Shown here: piece after piece, positions 34,145 through 47,030 of the stretch
Layout of the letters: each line of letters opens with the position of its first letter
Position numbering within the stretch: the stretch's first letter is position 1
From: Eledone cirrhosa
Lineage: Eukaryota
Reading direction: 5' to 3'
DNA length: 64,000 bases
NCBI GenBank assembly: GCA_964016885.1
Contig: OZ024743.1
Span: 119,040,001-119,104,000 of the forward strand
Notes under the pieces: model-generated
Told to the model about the DNA's origin: nothing
What the model saw: the letters and a program-made list of their open reading frames with translations, nothing else
The model's database searches: none
Made by a program: the position numbers and the translations under genes

Positions 34145-34560
34145 TATTATATATATATATACAAACACACATTTATATATATATTTATTATTTCATATAT
34201 TTATATATATATGCATATAATATATATAAGTATAATACACACACACACACATATATATATATATAATATATATAATATAATATATATATATACACATTAT
34301 TATATAGAAAGAGATATAAACACACATATATATATTTATTATTTCATATATGTATATATATATGCATATAATATATATAAGTATAATACACACACACACA
34401 CACATATATATATATAATATATCTAATATAATATATATATATATATATATACATTATTATATAGAAAGAGATATAAACACACATTTATATATATATGTGC
34501 ATATAATATATATAAGTATAATACACACACACACATACATATATATATAATATATATAAT
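33860..34560. repeat. Degenerate AT-rich minisatellite, about 4 units of 110-160 bp
   Basis: cattattatatagaaagagatayaaacacac...gcatataatatatat repeated. Confidence 0.7.
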
Positions 34561-34614
34561 ATATATATATATTATATATATATATATATAATATATATAT
34601 ATAGATATATATAT

Positions 34615-34650
<36 letters not shown>

Positions 34651-34782
34651 TGTGATGACGCTGTGATAAATAGGAGAAACTCCAGAATAGCGAGAGACAC
34701 CTTTTAGCCTTAATAAAAATGAATATTAAAACTCTACTTCGCTATTGAGTACTCCTTTTTCTTAGCCGTCACCACATACGGA
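34651..34782 (+). mobile_element. pLTR-like island with decayed hammerhead, AATAAA and TATTGAGTAC box
   Basis: gTGATGA...GAAAC, AATAAA about 34712, TATTGAGTACT about 34743; microsatellite on both sides. Confidence 0.5.
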
Positions 34783-34869
34783 TATACATATATACATACA
34801 TTCATAAACTTTTAAATATAAACTCCCCCCCCCCCCCACACACACACACACACAGTCATATATAAAGAC

Positions 34870-35140
34870 ACTAGGGGTGCCGGAACACTTTAGGTTTGGA
34901 GGGACCCCCATTCGCAAATAAATTAGAATACACAGCAAACCTCCAATTGTACATATAAAATTCAGCTACGCGTAAGTAATAGAAACATTGTATATACAGG
35001 TATTAAATTAAAAAATTGTTATAATCCTAAAACTAAAAAGCTTAGCAGAGCGTATAAAAAAAAAAAATTACTAAGCCGGCGCTGGGGGAGTTCCCCATTG
35101 TAGGGGACCAGGGCAATTGAACCACATTAAATACGGTGCT
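34870..35140. mobile_element. Possible decayed MITE (DNA transposon derivative)
   Basis: GC-rich ends aggggtgccgga...gggacccc and ggggaccagggcaattg...taaatacggtgctg around an AT-rich core. Confidence 0.3.
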
Positions 35141-35153
35141 GCGCGCGCGCGAG

Positions 35154-35227
<74 letters not shown>

Positions 35228-35561
35228 AATATATATTTATAAATTGTAGAAAGCTCAGGCCCAGAATGTATCCAGTTACACAGAGTTGCTTTAAATTAGC
35301 TTATTAAAATTGAGTAAAGAAATTTAGAGACGAGAAAAGGTTGGCAGTGGCCTCTACTAACATGACCCTTTACTAGATTTTTATAAGATATTTTATAGCA
35401 ACTAATTGTATTTGCAGTTGTTTTCTGCCCCTGTATTTCTTACATCATATAAGTGTATTTTCTCGGCGCTGGTGGAATACACAGTTTTGTGGTTTTCGTG
35501 GCTTCCGTTCCACAAAATTCTCTATCTCACAACACACACAAATTATATATATATATATATA

Positions 35562-35705
35562 TAGGAAAATGTTTAACCCCGACGGCAGAGCTCAAGCCGT
35601 TTCAACGGCTATTTCTGGACTATTACCCACTCTACTACCCTAAGTATTGAGTACTCTGGTGGGTTATGGTCCATCTGGTTCCTTACCACACTTCCTTCGT
35701 TTCGT
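35562..35705 (+). mobile_element. Family A mini-element (one arm plus tail)
   Basis: Arm ends at ...ctatttctggact and joins directly to attacccactctac...TATTGAGTAC...ttcgt|TA. Confidence 0.8.
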
Positions 35706-36027
35706 TATATATATATATAACTTGTGTGTGTGTGTTGTGACCGCGTATTCATATGCATATGAAATGTATACTGCATCAATGCATCGGACAAAATGATTTC
35801 CAATATTACATTCGGAATCATGCGAGACGAGTTCACTTCATGTTCTATACAGGTTTGCCGTTTACATATGACATATCTACCCGCCATCTCTTACCCAATA
35901 GATGTGTCGTCAATAGTGATCCGCAGAGGGCAGGTTGTGAAGAGCACATGGGTGACAGTCAATACTCGCATATAGATGGGCACCTAAAAAACATTCAAAC
36001 TTAATTGTGTATATATTATACATGTCT

Positions 36028-36064
<37 letters not shown>

Positions 36065-36073
36065 TACATAAAG

Positions 36074-36127
<54 letters not shown>

Positions 36128-36136
36128 TACATAAAG

Positions 36137-36178
<42 letters not shown>

Positions 36179-36187
36179 TACATAAAG

Positions 36188-36229
<42 letters not shown>

Positions 36230-36238
36230 TACATAAAG

Positions 36239-36291
<53 letters not shown>

Positions 36292-36317
36292 ATATATATA
36301 TATGTATATATATATAA

Positions 36318-36515
36318 TGTAATAGGGACAAGTATGACCCCGACGGTAGAGCTCAAGCCGTTTCGACGGCTATTTCTGGACTAGAAATAGCCGTCGAAAC
36401 GGCTTGAGCTCTGCCGTCGGGGTCATACTAGTTCCTATTACACACTCTACTACACTAAGTATTGAGTACTTTGGTGCGTTATGAACGATCTGGTTCCTTA
36501 CCACATTTCCTTCGT
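36318..36515 (+). mobile_element. Family A fold-back mini-element
   Basis: Inverted arms about 36318-36378 and 36383-36442, tail with TATTGAGTAC, (TA)n flanks. Confidence 0.85.
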
Positions 36516-36672
36516 TATATATAACGTATACATATATTTTAAAATATATATACATGTATATATATATGCATATACAATTAAAACATATACATTATATATA
36601 TATATTTTTTTTTATATATTTATACACATAGCTGTATATATTAATATATATACATACCTGTATATATAAATA

Positions 36673-36734
36673 TAGGAAAAGAATCAGGTCCGCGACGGCT
36701 GAACTACGGCCGTTTCGACAGCTAGATCCGAACT
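36673..36734. mobile_element. Family A variant (B) arm fragment
   Basis: aggaaaagaatcaggtccgcgacggctgaactacggccgtttcgacagctagatccgaact. Confidence 0.6.
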
Positions 36735-36793
36735 CTATATATACACACAGATGTGTATATAAATATATATATGTATATATACACATACCTCAA

Positions 36794-36829
<36 letters not shown>

Positions 36830-36936
36830 CACGCATCCTTGAGTATATAATTTGCACATCTTTTTAATATGTAAAAATGTATGTATGTATATATATATAC
36901 ATATACACACACATATATATATAATTACATATACAG

Positions 36937-37066
36937 TAAATATAAGTATGTACACGTACATACATATATGTATACCGACGTACAGTAGTATGTATATATA
37001 TATATATATACATACTACTGTACGTCGGTATACATATATGTATGTACGTGTACATACTTATATTTA
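36937..37066. repeat. About 130-bp palindrome centred on (TA)n
   Basis: taaatataagtatgtacacgtac...cagtagtatg-(TA)n-catactactg...catacttatattta. Confidence 0.9.
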
Positions 37067-37285
37067 AGTAACAGCCGTACTAAGAGTGGGAAATGAAATA
37101 TCGTTTCATTTTTTCCGTTTACATATACAGTATTATATATATATATATTATACACGCACTATATATATATTATATACATATATACATATACACACACATA
37201 TATTATATATATATAATATACACACATATATATTATATATATATAATACACACATATATATATTATATATATATAATATACACAC

Positions 37286-37322
<37 letters not shown>

Positions 37323-37525
37323 TTATATATTATATATATACAGTATATATATATATTATATATATACAGTATTATATATATATACATATATATATATTTA
37401 CATATACAGTATTTTATATATATATATATATTTACATATATATACATATATACACACATATATCTATATGTATATATATACATATACAGTATTTTATATA
37501 TATATATATATATTTACATATACAG

Positions 37526-37566
<41 letters not shown>

Positions 37567-37835
37567 CATATACAGTATTTTATATATATATATATATATG
37601 TATTTACATATAGAGTATTTTATATATATATATGTGTATTTACATATACAGTATTATATATATATATATGTATTTACATATACAGTATTATATATATATA
37701 TATAAAATACTGTATATGTAAATACATATATATATAAAATACTGTATATGTAAATATATATATATATATATTTACATATACAGTATTTTATATATATATA
37801 TATATATATATGTAAATACATATATATATAAAATA

Positions 37836-37871
<36 letters not shown>

Positions 37872-37984
37872 AGATTTACATCTACAGTATTTTATATATA
37901 TATGTAATTACAGATACAGTATTTTATATATGAATATATATGAATATATATATATATATAAATATATATATAAATATATATATA

Positions 37985-38198
37985 TCATCATCATCATCAT
38001 CGTTTAACGTCCATCTTCCATGCTAGCATGGGTTTGGACGGGAATTTTCCCACTTGAGGTAAGATTGGTTGTCTTGCTCGTATAGGACGGTCTGACGGGT
38101 TTTCTACGGCTGGATGCCCTTCCTAATACCAACCACGTTTACATATTATATATATATATATATGTTATATATATTAAATATTATATATATATATATTA

Positions 38199-38243
<45 letters not shown>

Positions 38244-38301
38244 TAAATATTATATATATATATATTAAATATTATATATATATATGTATTTACATATACA
38301 G

Positions 38302-38347
<46 letters not shown>

Positions 38348-38490
38348 ATATATAATATATATATATATATATTATATATATATATATATATATTATATAT
38401 AATATATAATATATATATATATATATTATATAATAGATATATATATATATATTATATATATATATAATATATATATATATATATTATATA

Positions 38491-38525
<35 letters not shown>

Positions 38526-39058
38526 ATTATATAATAGATATATATATATATATATTATATATATATATTATATAATAGATATATATATATATATTATATA
38601 TATATATATTATATAATATATATTTATATATATAATATATATATATATATAATATATAATATATAATATATATATATATAATATATAATATATATATATA
38701 TAATATATAATATATATATATATAATATATATATATATATAATATATAATATATATATATAATATATATATATATATAATATATAATATATATATATTAT
38801 ATAATATATATATAATATATAATATATATATATATATTTCATATATACAATATATATATATATATTTCATATATATAATATATATATATATATAATATGT
38901 AAACGTGGTTTGTATTAGGAAGGGCATCCAGCCGTAGAAAACCCGTCAGACCGTCCTATACGAGCAAGACAACCAATCTTACCTCAAGTGGGAAAATTCC
39001 CGTCCAAACCCATGCGTGGAAGATGGACGTTAAACGATGATGATGATGATGATGATGA

Positions 39059-39061
<3 letters not shown>
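37985..39061. repeat. Inverted pair of SINE-tail fragments around about 750 bp of (TA)n
   Basis: 37985-38142 (minus) and 38899-39061 (plus) are near-identical and truncated at the same point (ccacgtttacatatt). Confidence 0.88.
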
Positions 39062-39150
<89 letters not shown>

Positions 39151-39565
39151 ATTATATATTAATATATTATATATATATTATATATATATTATATATATAT
39201 ATATTATATATATATATATATATATATTAATATATTATATATATATATATATTATATATTAATATAATATATTTTATATATATTAATATATTATATATAT
39301 ATATATATATTATATATATATATATATTATATATTTTATATATATATTATATATATATATTATATATATATATATATTATATATATATATATATTATATA
39401 TTTTATATATATATTATATATATATATATATTATATATATATATATTATATATATATATGTTATATACATATTAATTTATATATATATATATTATATATA
39501 TATATTATATATATATATATATATTATATATATATATATATTATATATATATGTTATATATATAT

Positions 39566-39622
<57 letters not shown>

Positions 39623-39645
39623 ATATATTATATATATATGTTACA

Positions 39646-39692
<47 letters not shown>

Positions 39693-39698
39693 GTTATA

Positions 39699-39747
<49 letters not shown>

Positions 39748-39777
39748 GTTATATATATATTATATATATATGTTATA

Positions 39778-39842
<65 letters not shown>

Positions 39843-40031
39843 ATATTATATATATATATATTATATATATATATATTATATATATATATATATATTATAT
39901 ATATATATTATATATATATTATATATATATATATTATATATATATATTATATATATATATATATTATATATATTATATATTATATATATATACATTATAT
40001 TATATATATTATATATTATATATATATACAT

Positions 40032-40065
<34 letters not shown>

Positions 40066-40253
40066 ATTATATATATATCATATATATATCATATATATAT
40101 TATATATATATTATATATATATTATATATATATTATATATATATTATATATATATTATATATATATACATTATATATATATATATATTATATATTTATAC
40201 ATTATATATATATATATATTATATATTTATACATTATATATATATATATATAT

Positions 40254-40284
<31 letters not shown>

Positions 40285-40398
40285 AATATATAATATATAT
40301 ATATATATAATATATATATATATATAATATATAAATATATATATTATATACATATATATATATATATTATATATATTATATATTATATATATATATAT
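39062..40398. repeat. (TA)n/(TTA) tract
   Basis: Nearly pure A/T. Confidence 0.95.
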
Positions 40399-40514
40399 CT
40401 TAAAGTTGCTGTATCTATCACAGCGCAGTATATGTTGGTCTCTACTATCTCATACTCATACGCCACCACCCAATATTCACATTTGAGTATTTATGTATGT
40501 ATGTATGTTTGTGG

Positions 40515-40546
<32 letters not shown>

Positions 40547-40574
40547 TTTTATATATATACATATATACATTTGT

Positions 40575-40614
<40 letters not shown>

Positions 40615-40693
40615 GTACATACATATACACATACATACATTCATATACACATACATATATATCCACACATATATATATATATCCATATATATC

Positions 40694-40765
<72 letters not shown>

Positions 40766-40789
40766 TATATACATATACATATATATATA

Positions 40790-41070
40790 GCATTGTGTTA
40801 CTTTTTGTTCACCAACTTCAGCACTCGATGCGTAGGTGGGTCCGTAGTGTTATACATTTGGTCTTATACTACGTTGGTTTCATTCAGGAATGAGAATTAT
40901 GTTGTAAGGTATTCTCGAATATCCCCTATCATTAACGATCCCAGGTGTCTGAAGAGCTATTGATTCCAATGTTGGATCGATCGATAAAGATCGAACCTTG
41001 AGCTGACCAATCGCGAAACGCACGTCACAGCTGAATAAACATACTCTGACAACTTATGCCTACTTATGAC

Positions 41071-41071
<1 letters not shown>
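40790..41071. mobile_element. (TA)n-flanked bipartite mini-element (tail on minus, hammerhead on plus)
   Basis: AGCACTCGA at 40830-40838 (TCGAGTGCT on minus, 40 nt from the left (TA)n). Complete hammerhead 40946-41029. AATAAA 41034-41039. Confidence 0.75.
40946..41029 (+). ncRNA. Canonical type I hammerhead ribozyme with extended stem II
   Basis: Stem I TGT/ACA; CTGAAGA 40949-40955; stem II GCTATTG/CAATCGC enclosing about 45 nt; GAAAC 41015-41019; GCAC loop; GTC^ 41024-41026. Confidence 0.85.
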
Positions 41072-41126
<55 letters not shown>

Positions 41127-42019
41127 ATGTATATGTGTATGTATATATATATATATATATCCCTTCATGTATGTATGTATGTATGTATGTATGTATGTAT
41201 ATAAACATGCATACATACATACATTCTTACTTACATACATGTGTATGCATTTTGAATCTGTGAATAAATGTATATGAAATGTTTTTCAGTTCACGCCTTA
41301 ATATACGTACGTATGTATGTCTATATATGCATAAATGTGTGTGTGTGTAAAGTAAAATACACACAGACATATACACTCATACATCCACAATATTTACAAG
41401 CATATATATTTGTATATACTTATAGCTGAATGCATGTATCGCGGCTGACAAATATATATGTGATACATGCTGTACACAACACAAACAGTAAATGCACATC
41501 GGTGTACACATTTATACCATCAAAGCATACGAAATCGTACATTCCTACATAGAGCCATAGCTACGTATACGCCAGAATGTGTGCGTGTGTGTTTGTAAGA
41601 AACTCTACATAATGCACATATTACACATTTAACATACATTCATATATATATGTTGTTCGCTATAACATGTTTATAGTTATAGCAAGAATATTTATACATA
41701 CATGTGTTCACATAGACCTCCTCCAATAAATGCCAACGTAATTATATATACGTATATACCCATCTTAGAATTGTATGCATACAATTATTATTACCTACCT
41801 CAAATGTACTAAATGAGATATACGAAGCATGCGTGCTTCCCGAAATTACTTTTTAACCACGACGTTTGCTGGTACTATCTATTTCTATCTATATATATAT
41901 ATTTAATATACATCTACCTACATAAACATACCTGCTTCCGCGCGTAGAGATACATATGTATTTAACATAATACATTTCATTTAAATGCATACCAACAAAA
42001 AAACATTTCACTCACATGC

Positions 42020-42072
<53 letters not shown>

Positions 42073-43638
42073 ACTGCATCTCGATTTCAAGAATTAATTG
42101 CCACCACCTGAATCCCCTCTCACGCATGGCTGGCACGAACACGATTTCGTAGCCCTACCAAGGATTTACATTCCTTTCTGCATATGCTACAACGATGACA
42201 CCCTCCCCCTCTTTCTATATATATAAAGATATGTGTATGGATGTATGTATATACTCTTGTCCTATGAAGCAAATCTACAATTAAACATATAACATCCGGG
42301 GATATCTGAATGTATAAAAGATTAAATTAGCAAATATGTCGTGTTCAACGACAGTAGACGCGATTTGAGTGAAGTGTTGCTACTATTTCTACCAGATCAG
42401 ATGATACAAGGGTCTCTTTTTATTTAGTCAGTAAGTATATATATATGCGCATGTGCACATTATATGTATATATATATATATATATATACTATCATTTTAC
42501 ACCATTTACACCGATATTGAATCAATGTTATTGTATATTAAATATGTAATGCATATATAAGCACAGAGACACAGAGACACACACACATACACACATATAT
42601 GTGTGTGTGTATGTGTGTATGTGTGTGTATGTGTGTGTTTGTGTGAATGCTACTTTAATATCAAACATATATAAACTAAACACATCTCACCAGAAACACG
42701 GATATGTGTGACAGACAAATACCCTTCCCACACATACATTCATAGACGTAGACAACATAGTAGAAACACAATCCCTACACATACATTTGCCAATAACATT
42801 GTTATATATATAGATACACACTCACATACAAACATATATACATACATACACATTAAACAGACGGTATCTTATTCGACAGACAAACATATACAAAGAAACA
42901 AATATATTAAAGTAATAATGCTATAATTAGATCTAAATCATTAAATTATATATATAGCTCTAGATTTAAATTATATGTATTATATATATTAAGAGACGAC
43001 GTTATAACTTTATAATATTAATAATTAGAAATTTATAGGAAATGTAATACTTCTGTTATTTATACCTTAATTTTTATATTAAACATATATACAATATACT
43101 TCAATTACATAGGGTATTTTTGTAATTTGTATTTTGAGCGTGTCTTGTTTTTGCATATTTACTTACTTTTACAAGAGTGATAAAAGTCCATCATATTTAT
43201 ATTGGTATTATGGTAACGATACGCCGTACTTAGATCCATGTTTTTTTTTTGTTATTTTTTTTTTTAAGTTCTGTTGACAGCGGGACCGCTCGTCAACCAA
43301 CCCAGCCGTTGGAGCGTGTTGGACTTGTTGTAATAGTTGTAGTAGTAGTAGTAGTGGTGGTGGTGGTTTTGGTGTTGATAATTTGCTGTAGTAGCAGCAG
43401 CGGCAGTAACAGCAGCAGTAGTTACAACAGTGTAGCAGTAGTCGTAGTAACAATGGTGGTAGTTGTGGCACTGACTTTTTTTCTTAGCTTTTTAAAAATA
43501 TTTTCCTGTGATGTATGTATGTATGTATAAGCGCGGATTGATGTTTTATTCTAATCTGTGAATGTATATATAAATATATTCATATTCATTCTTGTATGTA
43601 TATATAAATACATATATACACATACACTACTTTATATA

Positions 43639-43713
<75 letters not shown>

Positions 43714-44242
43714 ATCTGTGTGTAAATTAGTAATGGTTTGTCAGCGCTCCCATCCGAAAAGGGGTACCACTCTTGTTGTTATTTGTGACTGTGTCGGCCG
43801 CCGACACGCCACAGAATTACAGCAACACCTCCTACTCTCACTCTCTCTCCATGTCAGTCTCTCTCTCTCCCTTGCTCTTCATTCTCCTCCTTTAACTCCT
43901 GCTAGTTGTTTGTTTTTCTTGTCTTTAAATATTTCTTTCCCTTTACTTGTCATCTTCCACAACACTGTAGTATAACCTTTTCTCCTTCTCCCCCGCTCTC
44001 ATCTCTCACTCCTCCCACTTTCTGAGCCTCTCTTTCGTCAATTCTTCTCTATACAAGAAAAACAAAAACAAGATGGAAAACGGAAAAAAAAACCTAACAG
44101 CAACAGCAACACGTTGAATTTTTTTTTAATCTATTTTAGCTTTTCGCCGAAACAACCCACTAAGAACTGTCCCCCTTGAAATTGTAATATATATATATAC
44201 AAATACATACATACATACATGTATATGTATATATATATTTAT

Positions 44243-44405
44243 ATAGGTAATCAAAGTGTGTATACATCTTTTCGGGACACACTATACATATATATATATA
44301 TATGTGTGTAGTGTGTCCCGAAAAGATGTATACACACTTTGATTACCTATACAGGCAATATTTATTAGAATGCTGTTGAAGTGTGTATACATATTTGGGG
44401 ACACC

Positions 44406-44410
<5 letters not shown>
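44243..44410. mobile_element. Tc1/mariner-like MITE remnant with an extra inverted end
   Basis: TIR-like gtgtcccgaaaagatgtatacacact and agtgtgtatacatatttggggacac (about 44311-44404) in TA-rich flanks. 44243-44284 is an inverted copy of the left end. Confidence 0.5.
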
Positions 44411-44457
<47 letters not shown>

Positions 44458-44778
44458 TTACACATATATACATGCATATAAATATTCCCGTTTACATTCC
44501 ACACACAATACAGTGATCAACGAAGAGACATGAGTGGCGCCTAGTTGGATCGAACCAGGAATCACGTGGTTGTCAAGCAAACATCTTAACCATTCGACTA
44601 TGTCTGCGCACGCGCGTGCGTGTGTATGTGAATTACAAGCGCGTGCGCGTGTAATCTTTTATTCTTTTACTAGTTTCAGTTTTTAGGCTGCGGCCTTGTT
44701 GGAGCACCTTATATATGCTAATGTAGCCTTTTAATTTCTCGCTATACGAACAACCATCTGTTTCATATGGTCTCATTA

Positions 44779-45130
44779 TCATCCTTACTGGGTCGATAAA
44801 ATAAAGTACCAGTAATGCACTGGTGAATTGCTGGCCTTGTGCCAAAAATAGAAACAATTATTAATGCATTTAAGATGCGGGGGATTGGCAGTATCGGTTG
44901 AGCGTCGGACACCATGTTTTGTGCATTAGAGTTATGGCCCTTTACGTTATGAGTTCAAATCACACCAAAGTTAGCTTCGCTTTTCATACTGACGGGGTCG
45001 ATAAATTAAAGCACCAGTAATGCACTAGGGTCGATTTAATAGACTTTCCCCTTCCCCGCAAAAAATTACTGGGATTGTGCTTAAGGTTAGGGTTAGGGTT
45101 GGGGTTAGGGTTAAAGTCGAAACAATTATT
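44779..45130 (+). mobile_element. Two tandem Meta/MESC SINE copies (partial plus full)
   Basis: Core and tail at 44779-44860; full diverged copy at about 44872-45130. Confidence 0.8.
45081..45116 (+). repeat. Short interstitial telomere-like (TTAGGG)n
   Basis: ttaagg ttaggg ttaggg ttgggg ttaggg ttaaag. Confidence 0.75.
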
Positions 45131-45350
45131 TTAGAAATTATGCTAAGTAAGTAACTTTGCCATTATAGGAAACTAAATACAAAATTAATATATTGATATA
45201 TCCTATTGTCACCCTCTTGTGATCCTGGAGAATTTAGTGAATAACATTTGCCACTGAAATTGTAGCATTTCACCAGGGAAAAAATATTTAATCGTCTTTG
45301 AGCCTACTATAAGAATCATCTGGAAGAGCGTGGTTTCCAAATAAAATATA

Positions 45351-45540
45351 ATTGTTTCTACTTTAGGCACAAGACCAGCAAATCACCCAGTACATTACTG
45401 GTACTTTATTTTATCGACCTCGTAAGGATGAAAGGCAAAGTTAACCTCGGCGGGATTTGAACTTAGATCATAAAGGGACGTAACTCTATGCTTCAAAGCA
45501 TGGTGTCCGACTCTCTACCGATACTGCCAATCCACCGCCC
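45351..45540 (-). mobile_element. Full-length Meta/MESC SINE with TSD
   Basis: TSD taaaatataat at 45342-45352 and 45541-45551. Confidence 0.9.
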
Positions 45541-45968
45541 TAAAATATAATACTATTTCGTAACACTTCGCAAAGCTACAAAAACTGCGTAATTATAATA
45601 TTAATTGCATTAATCCTCGGTAAAATTTGGGTGTGACAAACAATATCGCTAAGACGTTCTTAAGACAACTAAGGAGGTTATTTTCATTTGGTCATACGCA
45701 TTCAACAAGAACTTCTTGAAAATTAGCTACTGCTGTAGTAGTTACATCTAGAATATGATTTCTGGCATTCCTAAAAGAAATAACAATAGGAGCTTTCCTT
45801 CATTTAAACAACCCAGTGCAATTATATAAGTATAAGATCATATCTATTTCTCAATCAAGAATTTGGCATACAAGAAGTGAAGTTGGCAGACCAAAGTGAA
45901 CGAATTTTCTTAGGATTAACAGAACGTAACTTTGACAAATATAGCATACATTATTTTAGGCACTTTTA

Positions 45969-46158
45969 GGGCGGTGGATTGGCAGTATCGGTAGAGGGTC
46001 GGACGCCATGCTTTCCAGCATAGTTACGTCCCTTTACGATCTGAGTTCAAATCCCGCCGAGGTTGATTTTGCCTTTCATCCTTACGGGGTCGATAAAATA
46101 AAGTACCAATAATGCACTGGATAATTGCTGGCCTTGTGCCTAAAGTAGAAACAATTAT
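45969..46158 (+). mobile_element. Full-length Meta/MESC SINE with TSD
   Basis: TSD attatttta(g/a)gcactttta at 45950-45968 and 46154-46172; A/B boxes and core intact. Confidence 0.92.
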
Positions 46159-46802
46159 TTTAAGCACTTTTAAGGAAATCTGGAGACTGAAAGATCAGTA
46201 CTACACAAACTTTACGATATTGTAAGATAGTGCTGTAATTTATTAAACCATATTCTGGATAATCCGGATCATGTTACTTGTGTACCATATCGATTTCTCC
46301 TATATTGTTGAATTCCTTGCCAGGAATTATTTCGAAATGCCGTCACCGAAACAATTTTATTCTACAAAAACTTTTTCTAACAGCAATGTAGAATTATTTA
46401 GAATTTTATAGATGGTATTTGCTTCAATCTGTCCTGGAAGTTCGTTGAAGTTCCCTTATGCTATGAATATTTAGAGTTTTACTTCTAAGCTCGCATTTCA
46501 TGTCAAATACTCTCACTGTTGTTCGTAATTTATAGTATATCTAAACATGGAGAATGAAAACTATTAGGAAATTATTTCTATTTTCTCATAATTGGACGTC
46601 CAACAAAAACTCACCACTCACACACAATAAATATCGAATTTATCTATTCAATCTTGAATACCTTTTCACTTATGTTTCATTGTTTTGTGAACTCCTTGAC
46701 CTTCCGTTTTATCTCTCAATTCTGTCAATAACGTACATAATTATGAAACTTACTGTTTCGTATTCGTTTTAACACTTCTCTCAAATACATATACATTTCT
46801 TT

Positions 46803-47030
46803 ATAATGGTTCCAGATCTAGGCACAAGGCCAACAATTTGGGGGGAGGAGAAAGTCGATTTAATCGACCCCAATTTGACTAAATCCCTGGTATTTTATTT
46901 TATCGACCCCGTAAGGATGAAAGGCAAAGATAACCTCGGCGGGATTTAAACTCAGAACGTAAAGGGCCGTAACTATATGCCGTAAAAACATATTGTCCGA
47001 CGTTCTACTTATTCTGCCAATCCACTGCCC
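46803..47030 (-). mobile_element. Full-length SINE (longer subfamily) with TSD
   Basis: TSD atacatttctt(t/c)ataatg at 46791-46808 and 47031-47048. Confidence 0.88.

Noticed and set aside
36055-36250. Regularly spaced repeats resembling a CRISPR array
   Set aside because: Spacers are only (TA)n, the context is eukaryotic and there are no cas genes.
42140-42200. Minus-strand GTAGC...GCTAC-GAAA stem resembling a hammerhead
   Set aside because: No CTGAnGA upstream of the stem.
45969-46050. tRNA gene (A and B boxes)
   Set aside because: It is the tRNA-derived head of a multi-copy SINE with TSDs; no cloverleaf is apparent.
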